Virus record (IMG/VR): IMGVR_UViG_2778261087_000003
Direction: 5' to 3' (one strand)
DNA: 64,000 nucleotides
Origin: a virus
Taxonomy: Duplodnaviria > Heunggongvirae > Uroviricota > Caudoviricetes
The notes under the pieces are model-generated. The model was not told the origin of the DNA. It saw only the letters and a program-made list of their open reading frames with translations, and did no database searches. This document shows, piece after piece, positions 50,893-60,630 of this stretch. The position numbers and the translations under genes were made by a program. The stretch's first letter is position 1; every line of letters begins with the position of its first letter.

Positions 50893-51255
50893 TTACTCAT
50901 CTCCCTTACCCTGAAGCATGGCAGCGCGGCAGGCGTTCCAGCCATCAACATAATCAAACGTATTGCTATCGTCTGGCTCGATTTCATCCGGCACTACCGG
51001 CTCTGGTTGGATAGTGACGTTGGCAAAGGCAGCACGCAAACCGGCCTTAATTTCCTCTACTTCATCAGCGCCTAGCGATGAATCTGACAATGCGTGATGG
51101 AATGCGTAAGCCATGTCGTCGTTTACTGCAACCGGTTCGGCTTCCAGTGATGCCAGCGCAATTCGTGCCAGTTCCATTTGTTCGCCACGGGTAAGCCCGT
51201 TATCAAGCGGATTTTTAATGAATAATTCGATACGTTCTTTGGTAATAGTGGTCAT
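50893..51255 (-). CDS. hypothetical protein, paralogue of 49458-50018
   Basis: MTTITKERIE...ELARIALASLEAEPV. Confidence 0.5.
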   Translation of the reverse strand: MTTITKERIELFIKNPLDNGLTRGEQMELARIALASLEAEPVAVNDDMAYAFHHALSDSSLGADEVEEIKAGLRAAFANVTIQPEPVVPDEIEPDDSNTFDYVDGWNACRAAMLQGKGDE

Positions 51256-51461
51256 TTGTTAATCCTCAAAACTTTATGCCCGGGCGCAAAAGCACGTGTT
51301 TTGTCTTTACTTATTCGCCACCCGTCTTTACGGGCCTCTTTTGCACAACCAGACCATGACGTACCGATATACTCACCGAAGTCTGGCACTGGATATACAC
51401 CTTCCGTACACTGGCGGCAGTCACAATAGAGATGCATGGTGTAACTTGCAGCGATAGCCAT
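51252..51461 (-). CDS. hypothetical small Cys-rich protein
   Basis: Start at MAIAASYT with the same AAGGAGAGTGAT SD-containing repeat as the gene at 50530. Confidence 0.4.
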   Translation of the reverse strand: MAIAASYTMHLYCDCRQCTEGVYPVPDFGEYIGTSWSGCAKEARKDGWRISKDKTRAFAPGHKVLRINK

Positions 51462-51462
51462 A

Positions 51463-51948
51463 TCACTCTCCTTTGATGCGAATGCCTGTTGCAATGCTGT
51501 TTATGATGCTGTCAGTGCATGGGGTAGAAAGCTGGGCATCTCCAGCAATTTTCATGACCTCAACATCTGCATATCGAATACCGAGGTGTATCAGACCGGC
51601 TATACCTGACTTAAGCCGAGCATTTTCCATAAACAGATCCTTTGCCCGCTGTTTTTCTGCCTCAAGCTCAACGCGCAACTTCCCTACCGTTAGCGCAATA
51701 TCCTCGTTCTCCTGGTCGCGGGATTTGATGTATTGCTGGTTTCTTTCCCGTTCATCCAGTAGTGCCAGCACGGTTTCTGGTCCGGCCAGAAATTTGAAGG
51801 CGTTGAGCGCATCAATATCCACACCGTAATCTTTAAGTTCCTGTTCGCTTATCAGATCATCATCAACTGGCAACATTAACAGGCGTTCCATTGCCGGAAT
51901 TGCACGTTCTGCCGCCTCACGCAGTGCCTGATAGTTAATTTTGGTCAT
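51463..51948 (-). CDS. hypothetical protein (161 aa)
   Basis: ORF in coupled array. Confidence 0.5.
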   Translation of the reverse strand: MTKINYQALREAAERAIPAMERLLMLPVDDDLISEQELKDYGVDIDALNAFKFLAGPETVLALLDERERNQQYIKSRDQENEDIALTVGKLRVELEAEKQRAKDLFMENARLKSGIAGLIHLGIRYADVEVMKIAGDAQLSTPCTDSIINSIATGIRIKGE

Positions 51949-51949
51949 A

Positions 51950-52249
51950 TCACATCACCCTGAAGCCGTTGCATTTACGTAAAAAATCGCAGATATAGCC
52001 CTTCATTTTTTCATGCCAATCTCGATCATTCCCATTGCACCACCCATCAGGTGGAGTCCAGTTTTCTATCAGAGCAGCCATTTTCTTTGCTTTCGCCGGA
52101 GTAGCTGTTGCGGTATCGCAGTAATGACGAGTGTCAACCAACGTATCCATACCATCGATATCAAGTACGCAAAACCATGTGTGATTCGGCATTTCAACAG
52201 ATGGTATTTGTTGCCCACGTCGACGTTTATCAATAAGACATACAGTCAC
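51950..52249 (-). CDS. hypothetical protein (99 aa)
   Basis: ORF in coupled array. Confidence 0.45.
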   Translation of the reverse strand: MTVCLIDKRRRGQQIPSVEMPNHTWFCVLDIDGMDTLVDTRHYCDTATATPAKAKKMAALIENWTPPDGWCNGNDRDWHEKMKGYICDFLRKCNGFRVM

Positions 52250-52980
52250 TGGTTGCCTCCTTTGCGAAGCTGGGCAGCAAAGTCAACTAACCACTCAGTC
52301 ATTTCAACCTTCCCTACCAGGTCTGAACCAGGGTGCATACAGCAATCACTCTGCGCCGCTTTGAAATCCTTATACTCATATTCTTGGGCCACCAGATTTT
52401 TTGCAGCTTCTATAGCAGCATCCACCCCCTGCGCCCGGACTTCAGCCAAGAAAGCGTCGGTGGCTGACATATTTCCTGTTGCCTTCATGGCCTTCAAAAT
52501 AACCAGAACGCCATCTCGCCCAACCACCTCAGCGATAACCTCGGTGTTGTCGCCAACAACATCGCAGAATGCCTGAAATGCCTTACGAGCCAGCTCATTC
52601 TCCACTGCCAGCGCCGTGCGATTACCCTCCAGCTCTGCAATGCGCTGTTTTGCGGCATCCAGTTCAATCGACAATTTTTCCAACTGCTCTTGATGCTTCT
52701 TGTATTCCTGATATGCGTGCCAAGACTGACCTTTGCGCACACTATCAGTGATATCAGTAATCTGTTCTGGTGTTAGCGTGGTCAGTGGCTGTGATGGGAA
52801 AATAAGCACTTTCCCGGAATCCCAATCAAAACCAGCGTGAATTGACTGAACCTCAACTGAAGGTGTTGAACCAATGCTGCCAGGCGAATGAACAACGATT
52901 GTTACATCCATATCGCGACGATGGCTGTGGTTGTTGGACAAAATACGATTCACCAACTCAGAAAATTTGGAAATTTTCAT
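52246..52980 (-). CDS. hypothetical protein, paralogue of 53264-53974
   Basis: Shared ATDAFLAE(V/I)RA segment. Confidence 0.55.
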   Translation of the reverse strand: MKISKFSELVNRILSNNHSHRRDMDVTIVVHSPGSIGSTPSVEVQSIHAGFDWDSGKVLIFPSQPLTTLTPEQITDITDSVRKGQSWHAYQEYKKHQEQLEKLSIELDAAKQRIAELEGNRTALAVENELARKAFQAFCDVVGDNTEVIAEVVGRDGVLVILKAMKATGNMSATDAFLAEVRAQGVDAAIEAAKNLVAQEYEYKDFKAAQSDCCMHPGSDLVGKVEMTEWLVDFAAQLRKGGNQ

Positions 52981-53300
52981 GCTGATTCCCCTTTCTCTGC
53001 TCTCTCCTGTCGGAACATCACTATCATCAGGTCGCCTTTTGTCGCTATCCTGGCTGTTGTACCTGGTTCAATGCGGCTAAGCTCAAATGCGTCATAGAAC
53101 GCTTCTAATGCCTTCTGGCGTAGTTCCTGTTTGCGCCGTTTTTTCCACTGTTTTAGGAAAATGGAACCCAGCCATCGCCATGTGCGGGACATGATGTAAA
53201 GCCAACCGAGAAGTGCCAGACCGGTATTTAGGAGCGTATCGATCGTTATTGTCGTGTCGATATTCACTGGCTGCTTCCTTTGCGAATCTGTTCCGCCCAT
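52977..53300 (-). CDS. hypothetical membrane-anchored protein
   Basis: Hydrophobic segment LLNTGLALLGWLYIM, basic stretch. Confidence 0.4.
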   Translation of the reverse strand: MGGTDSQRKQPVNIDTTITIDTLLNTGLALLGWLYIMSRTWRWLGSIFLKQWKKRRKQELRQKALEAFYDAFELSRIEPGTTARIATKGDLMIVMFRQERAEKGESA

Positions 53301-53974
53301 TCTTCAAGGGATTTCTCCGCATATTCACCAGACAGGCCATCAATCGGATGCGCTTCATTAGCCAACTCTTCTTTCGCTGACAAAATCATGCGTGTAACGT
53401 CGAAAACTTCACGCAAAGACTTATTGATAAATCCGTGATTGAACGCAGCAGCAAGACGGCTGGCGGTATAGTTAATCCCCTCGTTGCGTGCTTCCGCACG
53501 AATTTCAGCCAGAAAAGCATCGGTAGCTGGAGTTTCGCTGTGGTGCAGGGCATCGTTGATAATCATTGCAGCAACTCCGGCCTGCCCTGCATCCGTGACC
53601 GACACATGATCAAGAGTTACAGCCATTGCGAGTTTCAGCCCGGCGTTCTCTGCCACCAGAGCCGCGAGCTTAGTCTCAAGCGGTGCTATTCGGCACATAG
53701 CATCAATATTTGTGTCCTCCAGGCGCTTAATTTCGCCCAGGAGTGCCAGCGCAACTTTTGGTGGGATAGCCGCGATATAACGGGCATTAGCACCAGCATT
53801 CCTTTGCCCATCAATGCCAGGCCAGTCAATAAAGTATCCGCAATGCCTACCCTCAGACGTGCGCGCAGGATAAATGCCGTTATGACCCGGCAAAATATAT
53901 GCTACCCATTCATCTTGCGTTGCCTGTTCCGCCGCCTCGCGCAGTTCTTGATAGTCAATTGTCATTCTCGCCAT
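53264..53974 (-). CDS. hypothetical protein, paralogue of 52246-52980
   Basis: Shared ATDAFLAEIRA segment. Confidence 0.55.
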   Translation of the reverse strand: MARMTIDYQELREAAEQATQDEWVAYILPGHNGIYPARTSEGRHCGYFIDWPGIDGQRNAGANARYIAAIPPKVALALLGEIKRLEDTNIDAMCRIAPLETKLAALVAENAGLKLAMAVTLDHVSVTDAGQAGVAAMIINDALHHSETPATDAFLAEIRAEARNEGINYTASRLAAAFNHGFINKSLREVFDVTRMILSAKEELANEAHPIDGLSGEYAEKSLEEWAEQIRKGSSQ

Positions 53975-54606
53975 CCTTCACAGTTGTAATCACGACAGCC
54001 TTCAAAATCATATGGGCTGTACTGCCAGGTGATTTTTCCGCAATGCGGACAATTCCAACGCACCTTCCCGCTTCGCGACTTCTTTCTTCTGTTCTGCTTT
54101 TTCAACCAGTCAGGCATGATCAAACCTGCGCCCTGAACCATTGTTCTGCGGTTAAAGTTATTGATATTGAACGTCCGGCGCTTTGCTGCATCAGCAATGG
54201 AAAATGGCAACCAAACTATTCCTGGTTCGTTTTTGTTGGCGACGCTAAAGATGGTCGCTTTACTGAAGTCATCTGTTGGCAATCCACCGTGTTGAAGCCA
54301 GTAAACATCGTTGCCGTTCCAGCTACCTTTTTTGTAGGCCACATACGCAGTGCAATCTGACTCAATCAGGCTTTCTGTAGGGATGTACTGGCAATCAACG
54401 TGCCACACAGCCATTGCATCCACACTATCGGCACAAACAGGCTGATCGATATCTCGCCCACAATTCCAGGCTTTTTGGGCTTCTTCCAGCGTGTAAACAT
54501 GAGCGCGATCGATATCAGAACTGTAACCATTGCCGTTATGGCAATGGAATGAGGCGTTATTACCCACAGTTTCACGCAAGCACATCATGTAAAAACGGTT
54601 ACTCAC
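53962..54606 (-). CDS. hypothetical Cys-rich protein (214 aa)
   Basis: Multiple Cys pairs including CPHCGK. Confidence 0.5.
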   Translation of the reverse strand: MSNRFYMMCLRETVGNNASFHCHNGNGYSSDIDRAHVYTLEEAQKAWNCGRDIDQPVCADSVDAMAVWHVDCQYIPTESLIESDCTAYVAYKKGSWNGNDVYWLQHGGLPTDDFSKATIFSVANKNEPGIVWLPFSIADAAKRRTFNINNFNRRTMVQGAGLIMPDWLKKQNRRKKSRSGKVRWNCPHCGKITWQYSPYDFEGCRDYNCEGWRE

Positions 54607-54814
54607 TGGATGCCTCCCAGCAAATTTGTCTTATATAAGAACTGTTAACGCGCTTTACTTTCCCGTCGAACTCCAGTTTCTTTAGACGACGCAAAACGTA
54701 TGCCGTTTTGAGTGTGCGATATTTATCCCTAAGCCAGTTGGTCACGACGTAAGTCATACAGCGCCCGTGTTCTTCCAACACCCGAACTATTTCTTCGTCG
54801 GTTGGCTTGCTCAT
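54599..54814 (-). CDS. hypothetical small protein, possible winged-helix
   Basis: 71-aa ORF, coupled. Confidence 0.4.
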   Translation of the reverse strand: MSKPTDEEIVRVLEEHGRCMTYVVTNWLRDKYRTLKTAYVLRRLKKLEFDGKVKRVNSSYIRQICWEASSE

Positions 54815-55032
54815 TTTGTCGCTCCTTCAGCTTTCTCTACTTTCGCTGCCATGATTTCCAGCTTTTGTGCTGCCGATGCCGCTAACCTGTGAAATTCTTC
54901 ATCTGTTTCAACTGGAATTGGTACAAACCTGACACCAATTTGAGCAAGGCTATGCGCCATTTCGAGACTTGCTCTTAACTCTGCTGGGGATGCTTTATTC
55001 AGGCCGACTTCCTCACAAATAACTGATTGCAT
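54811..55032 (-). CDS. hypothetical small protein
   Basis: 73-aa ORF, coupled. Confidence 0.4.
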   Translation of the reverse strand: MQSVICEEVGLNKASPAELRASLEMAHSLAQIGVRFVPIPVETDEEFHRLAASAAQKLEIMAAKVEKAEGATK

Positions 55033-55041
55033 ACGCTCGCC

Positions 55042-55767
55042 CTACTGAATACGCTCAAACTCGATTACCCAAACCCAGGGATTAGCGCTCCAGCTTTCTT
55101 CGCCGTAGATGGATTCCCACAGGCGCTGGAACGCAACCTTGGCCATTGCGAAATCCCCCTTGGGAGTAAGGAATGTTCCCGGGTGATCAGGAAGCAAACT
55201 TCCAGCAGGCGGAACACCCTCATCCCTTGCATCGCATTCGCTGATATCGTTCAACCGCTCAACGCGCACGTTGGTAATTTCCACCAGGATGCGTGATGCC
55301 CATCGCGGCATGTGAATTGATGGACGCCACCCACCATCAAACTTTTCATTCACAGTGTGAGGTTTCCAGTCGGCATCATCGGGTATCGACCATAAACCGT
55401 AATCACCAGGCTTTTGCTCACAACTGGCCCGATAAATCCTTGCTGCGTTCTTCTCATCGCCACGACAAAGGTTGTCGTTCCAGTCCACACTGCAACCATC
55501 TTCATTGCCTAATATCGCCCATGTTTCACGAACCCAAATTCGATCGCCGACGATACCAAAGGGGCAATTGAAAACACTGCTTACACCATCAGCCCCGTAC
55601 CACTGAAAACCTGCACCAATTTTTCTAACCATCACTGGTGCTTCTGGACCAACTTCCGCAGGCTGATTTTTCATTATCCGCCGCGTCTGCGTTTTCCTTC
55701 CTTCGAGGATGGCCCGGACCATCTCATCGTTAAAAATCATGCCGCGCTCTTTCACTTCGCCTTTCAT
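55042..55767 (-). CDS. hypothetical protein (241 aa), first gene of a C1 operator-controlled operon
   Basis: AGGGGGA SD; N-terminal MIFNDEMVRAILEGRKTQTRR. Confidence 0.55.
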   Translation of the reverse strand: MKGEVKERGMIFNDEMVRAILEGRKTQTRRIMKNQPAEVGPEAPVMVRKIGAGFQWYGADGVSSVFNCPFGIVGDRIWVRETWAILGNEDGCSVDWNDNLCRGDEKNAARIYRASCEQKPGDYGLWSIPDDADWKPHTVNEKFDGGWRPSIHMPRWASRILVEITNVRVERLNDISECDARDEGVPPAGSLLPDHPGTFLTPKGDFAMAKVAFQRLWESIYGEESWSANPWVWVIEFERIQ

Positions 55768-55890
55768 GCATCCCCCTTACCCATGTGCGACGATGCCGCC
55801 AAAAGTGATAGAGAACAGCCAGAAATAGATCGCGGCCATAATGATTTTGAATGCCGTGTTCATATTTTCAGCTCCTGTGATTGATTGGAT

Positions 55891-55922
55891 ACATGCCGCG
55901 CCTTGCGGCATGTTTTTATTTT
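55891..55922 (+). terminator. strong hairpin plus T tract (plus-strand terminator-like) in the operator-proximal leader
   Basis: acatgccgc-gcctt-gcggcatgt then tttttatttt. Confidence 0.4.
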
Positions 55923-55945
55923 CACTTTCTCTGTTTTAAAAATCA

Positions 55946-55962
55946 ATATTTATTAGAGCAAT
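55946..55962 (-). promoter_or_regulatory. C1 operator (ATTGCTCTAATAAATAT)
   Basis: One mismatch to consensus; overlaps the stop of the HAD phosphatase gene. Confidence 0.6.
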
Positions 55963-56468
55963 TATTGTTGATGGAGAAGCGCGTTTTCATACTCCCTGAC
56001 CATTAACGTAAGCACGCCGTGCCTCCTGAAAACACGCGCCACTTCAATCTTATCTTCCAGCGCGAACGCAATTTTACTTAGACCAATTTTCTTCAGGAGA
56101 TCAATCTTTGCTGGGCCGTCATTTCTGTCATCGGTGGCAGGACGCATAGATAGCAAAGGCTCAGCCCCATTTGTTACGTGCTTACGCAACCAAGCTCGTG
56201 TTTTATCCCTGGCTATCTCACAGCGCCCGGTTACAAACCAGAGCGTGTAAATGCTGGACAACTGGCGCACCATATCAATAACTGGAGTGATGGGAGCATC
56301 AGTGTCACAGGCAAGGTTAAACTCGTTCCAGTGCTCTGTTAATGCACCTTTGCCAGGTGGTGGAAGTAAATGCAGCCTGTCTTCCGTTGCCTCTGATATC
56401 GTTCCATCAATATCTACTATGACGATGTACGGACGTTCCTGGTGTGCGTGTTTATTGAAAATACTCAA
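55962..56468 (-). CDS. HAD-superfamily phosphatase-like protein
   Basis: VIVDIDGTI motif I near the N-terminus. Confidence 0.55.
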   Translation of the reverse strand: MSIFNKHAHQERPYIVIVDIDGTISEATEDRLHLLPPPGKGALTEHWNEFNLACDTDAPITPVIDMVRQLSSIYTLWFVTGRCEIARDKTRAWLRKHVTNGAEPLLSMRPATDDRNDGPAKIDLLKKIGLSKIAFALEDKIEVARVFRRHGVLTLMVREYENALLHQQ

Positions 56469-56540
56469 ATGCCCTCCTCATTGGACGAAAAAAATGCTGG
56501 TGGGCGCACTCCACCAGCATTAAAAGTGACACTGTAACTA

Positions 56541-57803
56541 TCAGCGAACGTAAATAGTGCCGCCGTTCTCTTTTTCCCATGCATCGCTACGTGCATAGCA
56601 AACATCGAGAAGTCTTCTTGCCGCAGTTTCCTCTAAACCCAATTCGACAACCAACTGCTCATGACGGCGGGTAACCACATCAAACAGGGTATGCAGCCCT
56701 TTAGTTGCCAGATCATCAATGAATTCCGGTTCGAACGGCAGCTCTGCATCTGCCAACATAACCTCTTGCGCCCACTCAACTCGACGGACCAGTTCCGGGC
56801 GGCGGCTTTCCATCTCTTTACAGATCAATTCATGGAAGAACTCTACCCAACCTTCCGGCTGGAACTCGCGGAAAATTGCCAACGGCTGGAAGTTTGGCAT
56901 CAACCATTCGTTGATTCGGATATCAATGGCATAGCCCATGTCGCAGCAGAACTGATAAGCAAAGTCCAGCTTAGAAACGATATAAGGACGCTCGTTATTG
57001 AACTCTTTAGGCGATGAGATCCCATAAGCCAGGAGGCGCGGGAAGAAGGAGATTTGCCCTAACGTCGGATGAAGTTTGCTTGCAGGGAAACGGCGCTCAG
57101 TAATGCCATACATTTCCTTCTTGAGCGTCGCAAATTTGGCATTCTCATTAACCAGCGCGGTAACCTCTGCTTTTTTATTAGCAAATGCCACGCGCGCCTC
57201 GCTTGCATCTTTAATAGTTTTTTTGAGCTGTTGGTTAAGGTCGGCGACCTGCTTACGCAGTTCCTGTCGCTCGCTTTTAGCTTTGTTATAGCGTTTCTCA
57301 AGGTTAAAAGGATCAAGTTTCATGATCTCTTTATATTGAGATTTTAGCGTTGAAATCTGTGAGTTCCGCAGTTCAACCATCGCGGTCATTTCATTGAGTT
57401 TTGTTTCCAGCTCAATGCTTATACGTTCGGCATTATCAGCACGCTGGTTGGCGTCATGCGTCGCATCGTCGATCGCGTCCTGTTGCTGGCGTTTCAAATG
57501 TTCAATTTGCAGCTGAAGCTCTTCAATTTCTTTACCCTTCAGACCAAGATCCAACTGCATATTTTCAGCTGCATCTACCAGGGAGTTATGGCTATCAGCT
57601 TCTGCGTTATAAACATCAATAAGCTGTGCGTGAAGCATCTCCGCTGACTGAACCGCATTATCAAAAAAACGCGCTGTGAGGTCATCACAACTAACGCGGC
57701 GTTGCGCGGCCCGGATGTTCTGGATAATGGCCGGGATACCGGCATTCAGGACGTCAGGGATAGATACATTTTCGATTGATTGGTTTTGTGCTGAAGTGCT
57801 CAT
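56541..57803 (-). CDS. hypothetical coiled-coil protein (420 aa)
   Basis: Long heptad-rich central region. Confidence 0.55.
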   Translation of the reverse strand: MSTSAQNQSIENVSIPDVLNAGIPAIIQNIRAAQRRVSCDDLTARFFDNAVQSAEMLHAQLIDVYNAEADSHNSLVDAAENMQLDLGLKGKEIEELQLQIEHLKRQQQDAIDDATHDANQRADNAERISIELETKLNEMTAMVELRNSQISTLKSQYKEIMKLDPFNLEKRYNKAKSERQELRKQVADLNQQLKKTIKDASEARVAFANKKAEVTALVNENAKFATLKKEMYGITERRFPASKLHPTLGQISFFPRLLAYGISSPKEFNNERPYIVSKLDFAYQFCCDMGYAIDIRINEWLMPNFQPLAIFREFQPEGWVEFFHELICKEMESRRPELVRRVEWAQEVMLADAELPFEPEFIDDLATKGLHTLFDVVTRRHEQLVVELGLEETAARRLLDVCYARSDAWEKENGGTIYVR

Positions 57804-57804
57804 T

Positions 57805-58023
57805 TCAAAGTTCCGTATTAGCTTGTGCTTCGGTCATTTTTCCTAAGTATGAAGGAGGAAGGACTACGCAATTTGTATCCAGTCCCTCACCTATGGCAGC
57901 CTGTAAAATTCTGGCTAAGGTGAGTCTCTTGTTGCGATACCTGGTGATGACATGCCTGATACCGCCGGTCGGCGTAACAAAGGCGATCAGCCAGTAGTGA
58001 TATTTCCGTCGGAATGGCCACAT
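57805..58023 (-). CDS. hypothetical small protein
   Basis: AAGGTG SD; immediately downstream of a C1 operator. Confidence 0.35.
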   Translation of the reverse strand: MWPFRRKYHYWLIAFVTPTGGIRHVITRYRNKRLTLARILQAAIGEGLDTNCVVLPPSYLGKMTEAQANTEL

Positions 58024-58037
58024 AGCGCACCTTGTAG

Positions 58038-58054
58038 ATTGCTCTAATAAAAAA
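58038..58054 (+). promoter_or_regulatory. C1 operator (ATTGCTCTAATAAAAAA)
   Basis: Inverted relative to the operator at 58087; the pair flanks a hairpin. Confidence 0.55.
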
Positions 58055-58075
58055 CGTGATGAGTGTACATCACGT
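58047..58075 (-). terminator. hairpin with flanking A/T tracts (terminator after the upstream operon)
   Basis: acgtgatg-agtgta-catcacgt; A6 before and T3A5 after. Confidence 0.45.
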
Positions 58076-58086
58076 TTTAAAAATAT

Positions 58087-58103
58087 GGAATTATTAGAGC
58101 AAT
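58087..58103 (-). promoter_or_regulatory. C1 operator (ATTGCTCTAATAATTCC)
   Basis: Read on the minus strand. Confidence 0.55.
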
Positions 58104-58104
58104 A

Positions 58105-58806
58105 TTATTCTGATTCTCGCTCAAAAAATGAGCTGATAAGGGGAAGCCAATCCTCTGACACTTCGCGAGGTCGCGGTTTGCCGTGGAAAAAGATTATTCG
58201 GCAGTCTTTTGGTAATGCCCCATTCCCCCTGGAGTAACGCGCGCTCGCATATTTTGAACCAGGTTCCACAACATCGGCCTTGTAACTTACAAACCATCCT
58301 GGATACAGATCCTGAAATGCTGGTGTATCATCGCCCATAACCTTTCGTAAGAACCCCTGGTCACCCCAACACTCAGTAGTGACACAACGAGAAATCCAAC
58401 CTTCCGGATCTTGCCAGAATGAACTCCAGATATGCGCTTTAACACTATTTGGTATCCACAGGGCACCGCTGCCACGATATTGTGGATGGTAAAAATCCCT
58501 AAGCATGGTGAAGCTGGTTGGTGGATGCTCTAGGATTGGGCGTATATCACCGGCAATAACCGTGTCCAAATCCAGATAGAACAGATCATCGGTTATATCC
58601 GGTCGGAACAACTCGATTTTCGCCCACCAGCCACGGCACTTTTGCCACTGGTTGATCAATGGGACAACTTTGACGCCAGGTACATGTAAACGCTTCAGGT
58701 CTGTCAGGCAAATAATTTCATAGCCTTTTGGCAGTTGATTAACCAGCCACTGCACATCGGAAGCGTTATAGTCACCACCAGAGCGAAAAACTAAAGCAAT
58801 CTTCAT
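58105..58806 (-). CDS. hypothetical protein with DxD motif, possibly glycosyltransferase-like
   Basis: [11 protein letters not shown] motif; 233 aa. Confidence 0.5.
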   Translation of the reverse strand: MKIALVFRSGGDYNASDVQWLVNQLPKGYEIICLTDLKRLHVPGVKVVPLINQWQKCRGWWAKIELFRPDITDDLFYLDLDTVIAGDIRPILEHPPTSFTMLRDFYHPQYRGSGALWIPNSVKAHIWSSFWQDPEGWISRCVTTECWGDQGFLRKVMGDDTPAFQDLYPGWFVSYKADVVEPGSKYASARYSRGNGALPKDCRIIFFHGKPRPREVSEDWLPLISSFFERESE

Positions 58807-59495
58807 GCTGCACCATCACCTTTCACTTTCATCAATGTCAGGTTTCCGCAAAATACGGCACCAGTGTCGATATACTGCTGATTCCAGAATGTCTTCGGGC
58901 TTTTCACCGGAGTGTGACCAAAGATAAAACGATCTGCGCCCGAAATTTCGCCACCAATATCATCCATCGAATCACTGATACGCTCGCGCGCCCAGACAAC
59001 GTTGAAAAGCGGCACCTCCTTACCGAATTGGTATTCATTATCCGGATAGTCGGCATGGGCTATAACGATAGTTTCTTGCCCGGTGTTCAACTCAATGATA
59101 TAGGGCAGACGCTTTACCAGCTCCACCAGCGCCCTGGCTAATATTTCCTGATCAGTGTCCAGCATGAAGAACCATTGTCCGCCATTCATTAGCCAGTTAT
59201 TCACGTTGCCATCAGGACTTAACGCATCGAGCATCAACCGCTCATGGTTCCCCATCACTGCCCTGAACCAGGGCATCTGCAATAGTTCCAGACATTCGAC
59301 ATTTTCAGTACCGCGATCGATAAGGTCGCCGACCGATATCAGTAAATCCTGCGCCGGGTCAAAATCCACACGATGGAGTTCGGACATCAGTCTGGTGTAG
59401 CAACCATGCAGATCACCAACAACCCAGACATTCCTGTATTTGGTACCGTCGATACGGTGATAAATTGTGGGTGCCATCATGTATTCTTCAGCCAT
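58803..59495 (-). CDS. Ser/Thr protein phosphatase (lambda-PPase-like)
   Basis: GDLHG, GDLIDRG and GNHE motifs in canonical order. Confidence 0.8.
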   Translation of the reverse strand: MAEEYMMAPTIYHRIDGTKYRNVWVVGDLHGCYTRLMSELHRVDFDPAQDLLISVGDLIDRGTENVECLELLQMPWFRAVMGNHERLMLDALSPDGNVNNWLMNGGQWFFMLDTDQEILARALVELVKRLPYIIELNTGQETIVIAHADYPDNEYQFGKEVPLFNVVWARERISDSMDDIGGEISGADRFIFGHTPVKSPKTFWNQQYIDTGAVFCGNLTLMKVKGDGAA

Positions 59496-60103
59496 TCTTT
59501 AAGAGTCATCTGCGGAATACCTCCCATTTTCCCGCATGAAACAACGTCAATCTGTTCACGCGCAGACTGGAATAACAAAGGCAGGTGACTTAGATTTTTT
59601 GGCGTGCCGCCGGAGTGAACGCGTAGTTCTTGCGTAGCGTCAACGCCCACCAGAGCTACATGTTTGAATCCGATATGGAAAGCCAGGTTCAGAGCACCAT
59701 ATGCACTATTGCCGCTGGCAATTTCATTCTCATCTTCGCAAAGGCCGAAATGTGCGGACCAGCGCCACGCCCACCACTCGGGAGAATTCGTATTTTTTGG
59801 CTCCATGCCGCGTTCAGCCACACGACGGAAGCACAGAACGCCATCTCTGACTTCACGTTCTTTAACATCGGGTAGTGCCATGCAATAACAAACACCACGG
59901 CGACGGCGGCCACGACCAACGCGCCGCATATTGTCTGGCGATGGATCAAGTGTGAAAAAATAAGAAGCGCGGTTAAGCCAGTCGATGGCCCCATTGACCG
60001 CTATAATCGGCACTCCGCGCGGCGCAACAAAGTTTGCGGCGCTTGGGCCACTGCCGACGATAATAACGCGATCACTGCCTCTAAATTTATTCTTGGGAAA
60101 CAT
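59477..60103 (-). CDS. hypothetical protein with VGSGPS...IIAVN motif, paralogue of 60001-60630
   Basis: Gly-rich N-terminal motif shared with the neighbouring gene. Confidence 0.5.
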   Translation of the reverse strand: MFPKNKFRGSDRVIIVGSGPSAANFVAPRGVPIIAVNGAIDWLNRASYFFTLDPSPDNMRRVGRGRRRRGVCYCMALPDVKEREVRDGVLCFRRVAERGMEPKNTNSPEWWAWRWSAHFGLCEDENEIASGNSAYGALNLAFHIGFKHVALVGVDATQELRVHSGGTPKNLSHLPLLFQSAREQIDVVSCGKMGGIPQMTLKEWLKNT

Positions 60104-60630
60104 TGAATTGCACTGTTCCTACTTGCATTCAAAATATGTAAATCTGCGTGTTTTTTGCGGGTATCCAGGAACTGCTGTTGCCATTTTGAAATAGACACCT
60201 GCGTTGGATTCCGTAGGGCTTGAGGATGCGCGCCATGCCAATGAAGGCCGTTTTGCAGAGAACAGTCATAGCCGACTAATACAACTACTTCAGCCCCTGA
60301 TTCAGCAGCCAGACTGATAGCCTGCGCGCCGCTATTTACCCCTTCCGCCGGTCCACAATATCGCCTGTACTCCAACGAAAATGATTTCGCCGCCGCCAGG
60401 TTGGCTGTCACTTTGCGGAATCTCCCTCCCGGTATGGTGGATCCGTATTGCTTCCACCATGACGAATCACCGGCGTATAAGGCATAAATGTCATCGAACA
60501 TCTGCCAGGAATTGTTAACCGCGATGATTGAACAGCCAGTTTTTTCTATAGCAGCACAGTCCTCACGAGTGAGTGACGGACCGCTACCGACACAAAAAAC
60601 AGTCCTAGTCGCCCTGGGTGGTATGTTCAT
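60001..60630 (-). CDS. hypothetical protein with VGSGPS...IIAVN motif, paralogue of 59477-60103
   Basis: Start taken at MNIPPRATRTVFCVGSGPSL; 3' end overlaps the next gene by ~100 nt. Confidence 0.5.
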   Translation of the reverse strand: MNIPPRATRTVFCVGSGPSLTREDCAAIEKTGCSIIAVNNSWQMFDDIYALYAGDSSWWKQYGSTIPGGRFRKVTANLAAAKSFSLEYRRYCGPAEGVNSGAQAISLAAESGAEVVVLVGYDCSLQNGLHWHGAHPQALRNPTQVSISKWQQQFLDTRKKHADLHILNASRNSAIQCFPRINLEAVIALLSSAVAQAPQTLLRRAECRL

